NCBI GenBank assembly: GCA_039930765.1
Contig: JBDTTF010000185.1
Coordinates: 17,441 to 81,440 of the forward strand
Reading direction: 5' to 3'
DNA: 64,000 nt
DNA from: Gemmatimonadota bacterium
GTDB taxonomy: Bacteria; Gemmatimonadota; Gemmatimonadetes; Gemmatimonadales; GWC2-71-9
In this document: positions 1 to 8,282 of the stretch, in pieces
How the letters are laid out: each line of letters begins with the position of its first letter
Numbering within the stretch: position 1 is the stretch's first letter
Made by a program: the position numbers and the translations under genes
The notes under the pieces: generated by a model
The model's input: only the letters and a program-made list of their open reading frames with translations
The model's database searches: none
What the model was told of the DNA's origin: nothing

Positions 1-139
1 CGTACGACAGCACATCGTCGAACCGCCGCGCCTTGACGTAGGCCCCGTTTCCCGACGCCAGCCCTGCCTGCATCAGCCAGCCACCGGTCAGGAACGACCC
101 GACCGCGACCGCCACCACCATCCAGATCCGATTCTTCAT
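1..139 (-). CDS. 5' part of a secreted/membrane-anchored protein, possibly an S41 C-terminal processing peptidase (runs off the window edge)
   Basis: Manual translation from ATG at 139: MKNRIWMVVAVAVGSFLTGGWLMQAGLASGNGAYVKARRFDDVLSY. Hydrophobic N-terminus followed by a CtpA-like 'F.DVL..' segment; only 46 aa visible. Confidence 0.45.
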   Translation of the reverse strand, partial: MKNRIWMVVAVAVGSFLTGGWLMQAGLASGNGAYVKARRFDDVLSY

Positions 140-229
140 GCCTGCCTCCAGCAGAACGCCGGAATTGGACCGGCGGAAAGTTCAGTCATTGGCCACCATC
201 CCAAGCTAACCCCGGGCAGCGCCGAGCAT

Positions 230-844
230 CTACTCCAGACCTCCAATCGTCCGCCATGCTTCATTCAGCATTTCGGCGGCCGATACCGTGGCGTTGAGGT
301 GCCGGACGCCCGGACCAGTCGCGGCCAGGTACCACTGCGCCACCCGGCGATGGAACTCGCTACTCTCACGCTCGATCCGGTCCGGGTGTTTCCCCGCCGC
401 AGATTGTCGCGCGGCACCCAGCTCGGGCGGCAGGTCGAGTACCAGCGTCAGGTCGGGAACCAGTCCCGCGGTCGCGATGGCATTGAGCTCATGGACCAAT
501 CCGGCCGCCACACCCCGCCCGCCAATCTGGTAGGCCTCGGTCGAGAGCGTGAATCGATCGGACAGTACCACCGTTCCGGCCGCCAATGCGGGACGAATGA
601 CCCGGGCCACCAGATCCGCGCGGGCCGTGGCAAAAAAAAGCAGCTCCTGCCGCCCGTCCTGCTTCCACTCAGGATCGAGCAGCGCGGCACGGATTGCCTC
701 CGCGACGGGCGTACCACCTGGCTCACGTACAAGGATGCATGGCCTGCCCGTGTCGTCGATCAGGCGGAGCAGGCCCGCGGCGAGGGTGCTCTTCCCCGCC
801 CCTTCAGGCCCCTCGAGGACAATGAACCGGCCGGGGCCGTTCAT
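230..844 (-). CDS. tmk: Thymidylate (dTMP) kinase
   Basis: FIVLEGPEGAGKST P-loop, REPGGT, DRF..S..AYQ and PDLT.VLD motifs. Confidence 0.96.
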   Translation of the reverse strand: MNGPGRFIVLEGPEGAGKSTLAAGLLRLIDDTGRPCILVREPGGTPVAEAIRAALLDPEWKQDGRQELLFFATARADLVARVIRPALAAGTVVLSDRFTLSTEAYQIGGRGVAAGLVHELNAIATAGLVPDLTLVLDLPPELGAARQSAAGKHPDRIERESSEFHRRVAQWYLAATGPGVRHLNATVSAAEMLNEAWRTIGGLE

Positions 845-1194
845 CCCAGCGTGATGATCCCGCTGGTGGCGCCCTTTTCGATCCCCTGGCCGATCATCTC
901 GTTGACCTTGGTCATCATCTTGTCGAAGTTGGCCCGGGCCACCACATAGCCCTGGCCGATCGGGCTCAGCTCAAGCTCGTGCACCGCTTTTTCATACGCC
1001 TCGGTGGTGGCCGCATCGGGCATCTGCCCCGTGGCAATTACCTGGTCGACCTGCTTCGCCAGGGTCTGAATGGTCTGCAGCTTGGTCTGCGTATCCGTAT
1101 CGTCGCGCAGCACCGCCTCAGCCCGCCGCAGCGCCTTCACCTCGGGAGCCTGGCCGATCAACCGGCCCAGTTCCTCAGCCTTGTCCCAGATCAT
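841..1194 (-). CDS. YlbF/YmcA family regulator
   Basis: Starts MIWDKAEELGRLIGQ.PE; small helical protein; 4-nt overlaps with both neighbours. Confidence 0.75.
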   Translation of the reverse strand: MIWDKAEELGRLIGQAPEVKALRRAEAVLRDDTDTQTKLQTIQTLAKQVDQVIATGQMPDAATTEAYEKAVHELELSPIGQGYVVARANFDKMMTKVNEMIGQGIEKGATSGIITLG

Positions 1195-2042
1195 GCCGTC
1201 TCGCTCCTCTGCGCGAGCAGATACCGCGCGCGCCCAAATAGGTCATCCTGCACCGAAACAGACATCCAGCCGTACTCCCGCGCCAGCTCAGCGCTGGCCG
1301 CCGCGCGGCGGCAATCGAGCTCCATGGCCAGCCAGCCGCGCGGCGTGAGGTTCATCTGTCCGTCACGCAACAGTTGGCGGGTGTCAGCGAGTCCATCCTC
1401 ACCACTGGCCAGCGCGCCGCGCGGCTCATGCTCACGGACGCCGCGCTCAAGCCCCTGATATTCCGCCTCCGTCAGGTAGGGAGGATTGCTGACCAGTGCG
1501 TCGAACCGCTGGCCACGGAGCGGCGCCAGCCAATCGCCGGCGACCAGCTCAACCGGTAACCTGGTCAGCTTCCGATTGTGCCGGGCCAGCGCCAGCGCCT
1601 CGACCGATCGGTCGACCCCGATGACCTGATCGAAGTTTCCCTCGTCGGCCAGGCTGAGCGCGATACAGCCGCTGCCGGTGCCAAGGTCTGCCACGGTGCC
1701 GTGACTGACCCGGCCCAGCAGCAGCTCGACCAGCCCCTCGGTCTCGGGCCGCGGAATCAGTCCCCGTGAGTCGGACCGGAGCAGCAGGCGGCGGAACCCG
1801 GCCAGCTCCGTGACATGCGCCAGCGGCGCGCCGGCCAGACGGCGCTCCAGCAGCGACTCCATCGCGGCCTGCAGCTCGACATCCACCGACGACTCGGTCG
1901 GTTGCCACGCGGCCGCATCGGAATGACTGGCCGTTGCCCACAGCAGACGCGCCTCTCGGGCTGCCTCCTCGACCCCGGCCGACCTCAACCGACCGGCTGC
2001 GTCACGCAGCAACTGCCCGAGACGCACCGGCGCCTCAACCAT
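1191..2042 (-). CDS. prmC: Release factor glutamine methyltransferase
   Basis: LIPRPETE, DLGTGSG and SNPPY motifs; directly downstream of prfA. Confidence 0.95.
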   Translation of the reverse strand: MVEAPVRLGQLLRDAAGRLRSAGVEEAAREARLLWATASHSDAAAWQPTESSVDVELQAAMESLLERRLAGAPLAHVTELAGFRRLLLRSDSRGLIPRPETEGLVELLLGRVSHGTVADLGTGSGCIALSLADEGNFDQVIGVDRSVEALALARHNRKLTRLPVELVAGDWLAPLRGQRFDALVSNPPYLTEAEYQGLERGVREHEPRGALASGEDGLADTRQLLRDGQMNLTPRGWLAMELDCRRAAASAELAREYGWMSVSVQDDLFGRARYLLAQRSETA

Positions 2043-3093
2043 TCACCTGCTCCTCGCGGCTGGCCAGCTGCAGTGCAGCCACCAGCTCATCGATCCGGCC
2101 ATCCATCACTTCGACCAGGTTATGCACCGACAGATTGATCCGGTGATCGGTGATCCGGCTCTGGGGAAAGTTATAGGTCCGGATCTTGGCCGACCGGTCG
2201 CCGGTGCCCACCATGGCCTTGCGGTCGCGGGAACGGACAGCTTCCTGCTCCGAGATCATCCGGTCGAGCAGCCGGGCCCGCAGCACTTCCATGGCCTTGA
2301 GCTTGTTCTGCAGCTGCGACTTCTGATCCTGCTGGGAGACGACCACTCCGGTCGGCAGGTGGGTGATCCGCACGGCGCTGTCGGTGGTGTTCACGCTCTG
2401 GCCACCGGGGCCCGACGAGCGGAAGACATCGATCTTGAGATCGTTGGGATGGATGGTGACGTCGATCTCCTGGGCTTCCGGCAGCACGGCCACGGTGGCG
2501 GCGGAGGTGTGAATCCGGCCGGCATTCTCCGTTTCTGGCACCCGCTGTACCCGGTGCACGCCGGATTCCCGGCGCAGCAGCCCGAAAGCATGGGGCCCGC
2601 GCACCGCGAAGATGGCCTCTCGCACCCCGCCGGCATTGCCGTCACTCAGCGTCATCGACTCGACCTTGAATCCATGGCGCTCGGCAAACCGGGTGTACAT
2701 CCGCACCAGCTCACCGGCAAACAGGCTGGCTTCGTCGCCACCGGTACCGGAGCGCACTTCCAGGATGGCATCACGGTCGTCGTGGGGATCGCGCGGGACC
2801 AGCAGTTCGGTCAGCTCGGATTCGAGGGATTCAACCTCGGGCTGCAGCGTCGCGATCTCCCCCTTGGCCATCGAGGAGAGCTCAGGATCATCCTCGAGCG
2901 CCAGTTCCCGGGCGCCCTGCAGTTGCTGCTGGATGGTGCGGAGGCGCTCGGCCGACCGGACAATCGGCATCAGCCGGTTGTGTTCGCGACCGAGCGACTG
3001 AAGCTTGGTGGGATCCTTGGCCGTGGCGGGGTCGGCCAGCGCCTGACCGACCTCCTCCGCCCGGGCGAGCGCCTGGCGGAGAAGGGCTTCCAC
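2035..3093 (-). CDS. prfA: Peptide chain release factor 1
   Basis: GGQ motif ([15 protein letters not shown]), PET anticodon-mimic motif, RTYNFPQ; rpmE-prfA-prmC order. Confidence 0.97.
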   Translation of the reverse strand: MEALLRQALARAEEVGQALADPATAKDPTKLQSLGREHNRLMPIVRSAERLRTIQQQLQGARELALEDDPELSSMAKGEIATLQPEVESLESELTELLVPRDPHDDRDAILEVRSGTGGDEASLFAGELVRMYTRFAERHGFKVESMTLSDGNAGGVREAIFAVRGPHAFGLLRRESGVHRVQRVPETENAGRIHTSAATVAVLPEAQEIDVTIHPNDLKIDVFRSSGPGGQSVNTTDSAVRITHLPTGVVVSQQDQKSQLQNKLKAMEVLRARLLDRMISEQEAVRSRDRKAMVGTGDRSAKIRTYNFPQSRITDHRINLSVHNLVEVMDGRIDELVAALQLASREEQVNG

Positions 3094-3095
3094 CG

Positions 3096-3323
3096 TCAGC
3101 TCGGGGTGGTTTCCGCCGGCGCCTTATCGCCCTGATACCGGCGACGGAACCGATCGACCCGGCCCGCCGTGTCCATCAGCCGCTGCCGGCCGGTGAAGTG
3201 CGGATGGCACTGGGCACACACGTCCACACGCAGCGCGGTGGACGTCGAACGAGTCTCGATCACGTTCCCACAGGCGCACTGGATACTGATTTTCTGGTAC
3301 TTCGGATGGATATCGGACTTCAC
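3096..3323 (-). CDS. rpmE: 50S ribosomal protein L31, Zn-binding form
   Basis: MKSDIHPKY, CACG and CAQCHP cysteines, GRVDRF; GTG start with GGAG SD. Confidence 0.96.
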   Translation of the reverse strand: MKSDIHPKYQKISIQCACGNVIETRSTSTALRVDVCAQCHPHFTGRQRLMDTAGRVDRFRRRYQGDKAPAETTPS

Positions 3324-3380
3324 GATCGTACTCCTGAATAGTGGGCTGCTGTGCGCCAGCCCGGTGTTGGAAAGCCTTCC

Positions 3381-3410
3381 AATCTAACCGCTTACGGGTG
3401 CCCGGGGCAA
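3381..3410 (-). promoter_or_regulatory. Sigma70-type promoter of the rpmE-prfA-prmC operon
   Basis: Minus strand TTGCCC-N18-TAGATT, about 60 nt upstream of rpmE. Confidence 0.5.
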
Positions 3411-3459
3411 CCTCGAATCGTCGAGTCCGGCCCGGCTGGCCGGTCGCCCAAGACTCAAA

Positions 3460-3488
3460 TTGACTCCGCCTGAGGCTGCAAGTATCGT
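3460..3488 (+). promoter_or_regulatory. Sigma70-type promoter of the crp-like gene
   Basis: TTGACT-N17-TATCGT. Confidence 0.55.
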
Positions 3489-3525
3489 CCATGCCGATAC
3501 TTCCACCTTCACGGCCGAGGCCTCT

Positions 3526-4203
3526 CTGCCCCTCTCCTCCCTGGCCGTCCTCCGCCGGGTCCCGTTTTTCGCGGGTTTGCCCGATGAAGAGCTGGCTGCC
3601 ATCGCCGAACTGGTCCGTGAACGCGAATATCCCAAGGGAAGCGTCATCCTGTTTGCCGCCGACCAGGGGGACAGCCTGTACCTGGTCGCCGCCGGCGAGG
3701 TGAAGGTGGTCCTGATTGGTGAGGACGGCCGCGAGGTCGTGCTGTCAGTCATGGGCGAAGGCAACTTCTTCGGCGAGATGTCGCTGCTCGACGATGAGCC
3801 GCGCTCGGCCCACGTGATTGCGCTGCAGGACACCCGGCTGCTGCTGCTGCGGCGGGAAGATTTCCGCAGCCGGCTGCGGGCCTCTCCGGACCTGGCGATC
3901 GCGCTGCTGCGCGAGCTGTCACGCCGCCTCCGGCGAGCCGATGATCGGATCGGAAGTCTGGTCCTGCTCGACGTCGGCGGTCGGGTCGCCGACCAGCTGC
4001 TCCAGGCGGCGGATGAGGGCGATGGTGTCGTGATTGCCCGGCGCCTGACCCACCACCTGATCGGGCAGATGATCGGTGCCAGCCGGGAGACGGTGTCCCG
4101 GACCATGCGCGATTTTGTGGAGCGGGGCCTGATCAAGGTGAGCCGGCGCGAGATCACCCTCCTCGACCGGAAGGCACTGGAAACCACCGCCCAGCGCACG
4201 TGA
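3526..4203 (+). CDS. Crp/Fnr family transcriptional regulator (cNMP-binding domain + HTH); start uncertain (TTG 3460 or CTG 3526)
   Basis: Phosphate-binding cassette FFGEMSLLDDEPRSA; CRP-type recognition helix GASRETVSR. Confidence 0.93.
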   Translation: MPLSSLAVLRRVPFFAGLPDEELAAIAELVREREYPKGSVILFAADQGDSLYLVAAGEVKVVLIGEDGREVVLSVMGEGNFFGEMSLLDDEPRSAHVIALQDTRLLLLRREDFRSRLRASPDLAIALLRELSRRLRRADDRIGSLVLLDVGGRVADQLLQAADEGDGVVIARRLTHHLIGQMIGASRETVSRTMRDFVERGLIKVSRREITLLDRKALETTAQRT

Positions 4204-4214
4204 TGACAATCACC
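4199..4214. promoter_or_regulatory. Putative CRP-binding site
   Basis: CGTGA-TGACAA-TCACC matches the GTGA-N6-TCAC core; about 80 nt upstream of the next start codon. Confidence 0.55.
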
Positions 4215-4291
4215 CCCACCAGGTGACTGCTGGTGCGGCATTTTCGGCAGCGTCCAGCAATATTGCTCAACTGTTAGGCCACAAGGAATTC

Positions 4292-5158
4292 GTGAGCTAT
4301 TCCATCACTTTCTGGGGCACTCGGGGATCGATCCCGACGCCAGGCCCCAATACGGCGCGATACGGCGGGAATACGCCGTGCGTGGCCGTCGCCGGCCGAA
4401 TCGATCAGCTGGTGATTCTGGACGCCGGCAGCGGCATTCGGGCGCTGGGCCAGCAGCTCTCGCGAGAGGTGGCGACGGGAGCAAGTCTCGACATCCTGTT
4501 GTCGCACACCCATTGGGATCACATCCAGGGGCTGCCGTTTTTCCAGCCATTGTATGCCAAGGGAAACTCGGTCCGGATTTACGGGGCGCCGCAGGCGGGG
4601 GTGCCGCTCGAGCGTATCCTGGACCGGCAAATGGACCCGATGGTGTTCCCGGTGCCACTCAAGGCGCTGTCGGCCGACCTCAAGATCAATGAGGTCGGCA
4701 CCGGAGAATTCGAGATCGACGGCTTCCGGGTGGAGGCCTACAGACTGCGGCATCCGGGCACCACTCTGGGATACAAACTGACCCCGGTGAGCGGTGGCGC
4801 CTCGGTGGCGTATCTCACCGACAATGAGCTGGGCACCGGCGGGAACTACGATGTACCGACCGACTGGCGTGAAGGATTGGTCCAGTTTCTGGACGGTGTC
4901 CATATGCTGATCCATGACGCGATGTATCCCGATGATTTACTGGACCGTCGAGCGGGCTGGGGACATTCCAGCCCCGGACAGGCCATACGGTTGGCGATCG
5001 ACGCAGGGGTGGCTCACCTCTTGCTGTTTCATCATGAGCCGGAACATGGGGACGTTGAGCTCGATCGAGTGCTCGCCGATGCCCGTGCCCTGGCCCGACG
5101 CACTGCCCCCAAGCTCGTCGTGGATGCTGCCCGAGAAGGGTTGACGCTCAATCTTTGA
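4292..5158 (+). CDS. MBL-fold metallo-hydrolase, putative phosphodiesterase
   Basis: WGTRGSIP, YGGNT.CV, SHTHWDH, TDNE, HDAMY, GHS and FHHEP motifs; GTG 4292 with AAGGA SD. Confidence 0.88.
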   Translation: MSYSITFWGTRGSIPTPGPNTARYGGNTPCVAVAGRIDQLVILDAGSGIRALGQQLSREVATGASLDILLSHTHWDHIQGLPFFQPLYAKGNSVRIYGAPQAGVPLERILDRQMDPMVFPVPLKALSADLKINEVGTGEFEIDGFRVEAYRLRHPGTTLGYKLTPVSGGASVAYLTDNELGTGGNYDVPTDWREGLVQFLDGVHMLIHDAMYPDDLLDRRAGWGHSSPGQAIRLAIDAGVAHLLLFHHEPEHGDVELDRVLADARALARRTAPKLVVDAAREGLTLNL

Positions 5159-5172
5159 GGAGGATGCTGATT

Positions 5173-5865
5173 ATGCGCTGGCGTAACGTGCTGAACCTGA
5201 CGGCAACGGTCGCGCTGCTGACCGGCCCCCTGGCGGCCCAGGATACGAGGCCCGGTATCGCCGTGCTGCCATTCGACAACGGCGGGTCGTTCGGGCAGTC
5301 CAAGGAAGACCTGGCGGCCCTGCAGCAGGGTATTCCCGCCATGTTGATCAGCGAGCTGAGCCACAACGAGGCGGCACGCCTGGTCGATCGCCGGGACGTC
5401 AACCAGCTGCTCAACGAGCAGAACCTGGCCGCCCAGGGGCGGGTCGATGCCGCCACGGCCGCCAAGATCGGCAAGCTGGTCGGCGCCCGCTACATGATCA
5501 TGGGCGGTTTCGTCGATCTCAACGGCGATTTCCGGATCGATGCCCGGATCGTCGATGTCGAAACCAGCGAGATCATCAAGTCGGTCTCAGCCAAGAACAA
5601 GCGCGACAAACTGTTCGACCTGATCCAGTCGATCGCGACCCAGGTCATGACTGAGACCAAGCTGCCTCCGCTCTCGAGCCAGCAGGCCGCGGTCATGAAG
5701 CGGACCGTCCCGACCGATGCGCTGACGTTCTACAGCCGGGCGCTGCTGTACCAGGACCAGGGCGACAACAAGAAGGCGGAGGTCTACTTCCGCAAGGCGC
5801 TGGACGCGTTCCCCAACTTCGCGGAAGCCAACGAAGGACTGAAGAAGGTCACCGCCCCGAGCTGA
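5173..5865 (+). CDS. Secreted CsgG/HfaB/TolB_N-like domain protein with C-terminal TPR
   Basis: Signal peptide ending LAA-Q; IAVLPFDN, LVDR, A.KIGKLVGARYMI.G, ARIVDVETSEI; TPR-like AEVYFRKALDAFPNFAEA. Confidence 0.78.
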   Translation: MRWRNVLNLTATVALLTGPLAAQDTRPGIAVLPFDNGGSFGQSKEDLAALQQGIPAMLISELSHNEAARLVDRRDVNQLLNEQNLAAQGRVDAATAAKIGKLVGARYMIMGGFVDLNGDFRIDARIVDVETSEIIKSVSAKNKRDKLFDLIQSIATQVMTETKLPPLSSQQAAVMKRTVPTDALTFYSRALLYQDQGDNKKAEVYFRKALDAFPNFAEANEGLKKVTAPS

Positions 5866-5866
5866 C

Positions 5867-6652
5867 ATGCGGCGGATCATCGCCTCCTTTGGGAGGCGGC
5901 TGGCGCGCTGGTTCGCCCGGGTGGGCGCACTGGCGCGCTTCTGTTTCGAAGCGGTCGCGGCGTTCCGGACCCTGCCCGGCGCCGGACGCAGGGTTTCGGG
6001 GCGAGTGCTGGCCAACCAGCTCCGTTTCACCGCGCTGGAAGGCACCGGGCTCATCGTCCTGCTCAGCGGTATCCTCAGCTTCCTGGTGATTTCGAGCGCG
6101 GTCCGCCAGCTCGGTTCGGTCGGCGCGACCGACCTGATCGGCCAGTTGATGGTGGTGGTGATCGTCCGTGAACTGGGTCCGCTGCTCACGGCGCTGGCGG
6201 TAGCTGGCCGGAGCGGCACCGCCATTGCCGCCGAGTTGGCCACCAACAGCGTGATGGGCGAGGTCCGGGCGCTCGAAGCCATGGGAATCGAGCCGCTGCA
6301 CTACCTGGTACTGCCACGACTCACGGGCTGCATCGGGTCAGTGATGATGCTGACGGTGGTATTCGATGGTGTCGCGATCCTGGCGGGGCAGCTGGCCGCC
6401 GGTTCCAACGGCATGAGTGCTCCCCAGTACTACAGCGGCGTGCTCGCGACCCTGACCACCGGCGACATCGTGCTCTCCCTGGCCAAGGGGCTCCTCTTCG
6501 GCGCGTTGATCGGGTTGCTGCCCAGTTTTCAGGGACTCAGCGTCAAGCAGGATCCGACCGAGATTCCCCGGGCGGTCATCCGGGCCACCGTCGGCTCCAT
6601 TGCCATGATCTTCGTGACGGCCGCGGTTTTCGTGCTGATCACCGGCGCATGA
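5867..6652 (+). CDS. MlaE-family ABC permease
   Basis: VRELGPLLTAL.VAGRSGTAIAAEL and ALEAMGIEP..YLVLPR motifs. Confidence 0.92.
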   Translation: MRRIIASFGRRLARWFARVGALARFCFEAVAAFRTLPGAGRRVSGRVLANQLRFTALEGTGLIVLLSGILSFLVISSAVRQLGSVGATDLIGQLMVVVIVRELGPLLTALAVAGRSGTAIAAELATNSVMGEVRALEAMGIEPLHYLVLPRLTGCIGSVMMLTVVFDGVAILAGQLAAGSNGMSAPQYYSGVLATLTTGDIVLSLAKGLLFGALIGLLPSFQGLSVKQDPTEIPRAVIRATVGSIAMIFVTAAVFVLITGA

Positions 6653-7365
6653 GTCATCCACTCGAATTCGAAGGAGTGGCACTGGGGCGGCTGCGCCGGC
6701 GGACCCTGGCCCCCTTCGAGAGTGGCGAGCAGAGCGGCGACCCCGGGTTCTGGCTCAACGTGCCGGAGGGTCAGGTGGTGGTGGCCCTCGGCGATGAGAG
6801 CAGCGGCGTCGGGACGCTCGGCTCGGTCATCCTGGGTTTCTCGCTGGTGCCGATCGGGTCCTGCCGGGTCTTCGGGGTGGACTTGTCGACTCTGGGGCGG
6901 CGCGAGTTGCTGAGCTACCGGCGGCGCATCGGATACCTTCCGATTGGAGACGGCCTGCTGCACAATCTCTCGCTGCGCGACAACGTCCGTCTGCCGCTGC
7001 GCTACGGCAGCAACCTGCATCTCTCCGAGATCGAGGAGCGGACCGATCGCATCCTTGACCTGCTGAGGCTGACCCGGTTCAGCGGGCTCAGGCCGGCTGA
7101 CGCCAACGAGGAAGAGCGCCGCCGGGCCGCGCTGGGCCGAGCGCTGGCATTTGATCCGAAGCTGCTGGTCCTGGAGGAGCCGTTCTCGGGAATGACCGAC
7201 CGGTCTTCGGCCGAGCTGCTGTACGCCGCGCGCGGCGACGAGGGTCCCCAGCGCGGCCACCGGACCGTTTTTATCACGGGCCAGAGCCTGCCGGGGCGGC
7301 TGGTGTCCGACATCGACCGGGAGATCATGGTCGTCCGCGGCCAGGCGATCGAAGCCACCACATGA
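6649..7365 (+). CDS. MlaF-like ABC ATPase homolog with degenerate catalytic motifs
   Basis: Scaffold retained (RRRIGY, NLSLRDNV.LPL, R.ALGRALAFDPKLL.L.EP.SG). Walker A reads GDESSGVGT, signature ANEEE, Walker B LLVLEE, H-loop ITGQ. Confidence 0.8.
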   Translation: MSHPLEFEGVALGRLRRRTLAPFESGEQSGDPGFWLNVPEGQVVVALGDESSGVGTLGSVILGFSLVPIGSCRVFGVDLSTLGRRELLSYRRRIGYLPIGDGLLHNLSLRDNVRLPLRYGSNLHLSEIEERTDRILDLLRLTRFSGLRPADANEEERRRAALGRALAFDPKLLVLEEPFSGMTDRSSAELLYAARGDEGPQRGHRTVFITGQSLPGRLVSDIDREIMVVRGQAIEATT

Positions 7366-8282
7366 ATATCAGCAACCGATCCGCCGACCTCCTGCTCGGC
7401 CTCCTTACGGTGGTCGTGGTCGGTGTGCTCCTGACGGCCCTGATCTTCACCGAGGGCTGGAATGAGCGGCGGTTCAACGTGCTGCTGGTTGCCTCCTCAG
7501 CCGAGGTGCTGGAGCCGGGGGCCAAGGTACTGCTTGAAGGGCTCGAAATTGGCCGGATTACCCGGGTGATTCCGCGCGCCGACTCGGCCCACCAGACCAT
7601 GGAGTTCATCGCCACGCTTCGGCTTCGGTCCCGGTTCCCCGATGGCACCGAACTGCGACTGCCATTGGGCACCAGGGCCGAAATCACCGAGCACACCATC
7701 GGCGCCGGGGATGTTACGCTCCGCCTGCCCGCCCAGTGGGCCGGCACGGTGCACGAGGGTGATACCCTGCGGGCGGTCCACAAGCAGCCGGCGATGGATG
7801 CCATGGCGGCAACGGCGGACACCCTGGCCGCCCAACTGCGGATGGTCCTGGGCGACTCCCGGGTGCTGATGGCCAAACTCAACCAGACTGTGGATCACGC
7901 CGACCGGCTGCTGGTCACCACCGGCCCTGTGATCGGCAGCTCGCTGGCCGCACTGGATACGGTGCTGAAGCAGACCAACCGATCGCTGGCCGCCGCCGCC
8001 CAGATCCTGACTGACGAGGGGGCGCGGCTGGGTCCGATGCACGACTCGCTGGCAATGGCGTTGAGCCAGGCCCACGCCACCATGGTCAGCCTGGAGCATC
8101 TCTCCTCGCTCGGCACGACCGTGGCCAACGAGAACCGGGTCGATGTGCACACCACCCTGGTGCAGATCCGGCAGATCAGCGTGAAACTCGAGTACTATCT
8201 CGACCAGATGGGACGCAAGCCGATGCGGTTCTTCACCGGCATCCGGCCGTATCCAGCGGATACCGCGAGGCCCTCCCCGTGA
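7362..8282 (+). CDS. MlaD/MCE domain protein with long helical region
   Basis: N-terminal TM helix, L.PGAKV.LEGLEIGRI, helical C-terminal region ending KPMRFFTG; follows mlaE and mlaF homologs. Confidence 0.82.
   Translation: MNISNRSADLLLGLLTVVVVGVLLTALIFTEGWNERRFNVLLVASSAEVLEPGAKVLLEGLEIGRITRVIPRADSAHQTMEFIATLRLRSRFPDGTELRLPLGTRAEITEHTIGAGDVTLRLPAQWAGTVHEGDTLRAVHKQPAMDAMAATADTLAAQLRMVLGDSRVLMAKLNQTVDHADRLLVTTGPVIGSSLAALDTVLKQTNRSLAAAAQILTDEGARLGPMHDSLAMALSQAHATMVSLEHLSSLGTTVANENRVDVHTTLVQIRQISVKLEYYLDQMGRKPMRFFTGIRPYPADTARPSP

Noticed and set aside
632-639. A8 homopolymer (T8 on the coding strand) in tmk as a phase-variation tract
   Set aside because: It encodes LFF in frame within an essential gene; no sign of slippage.
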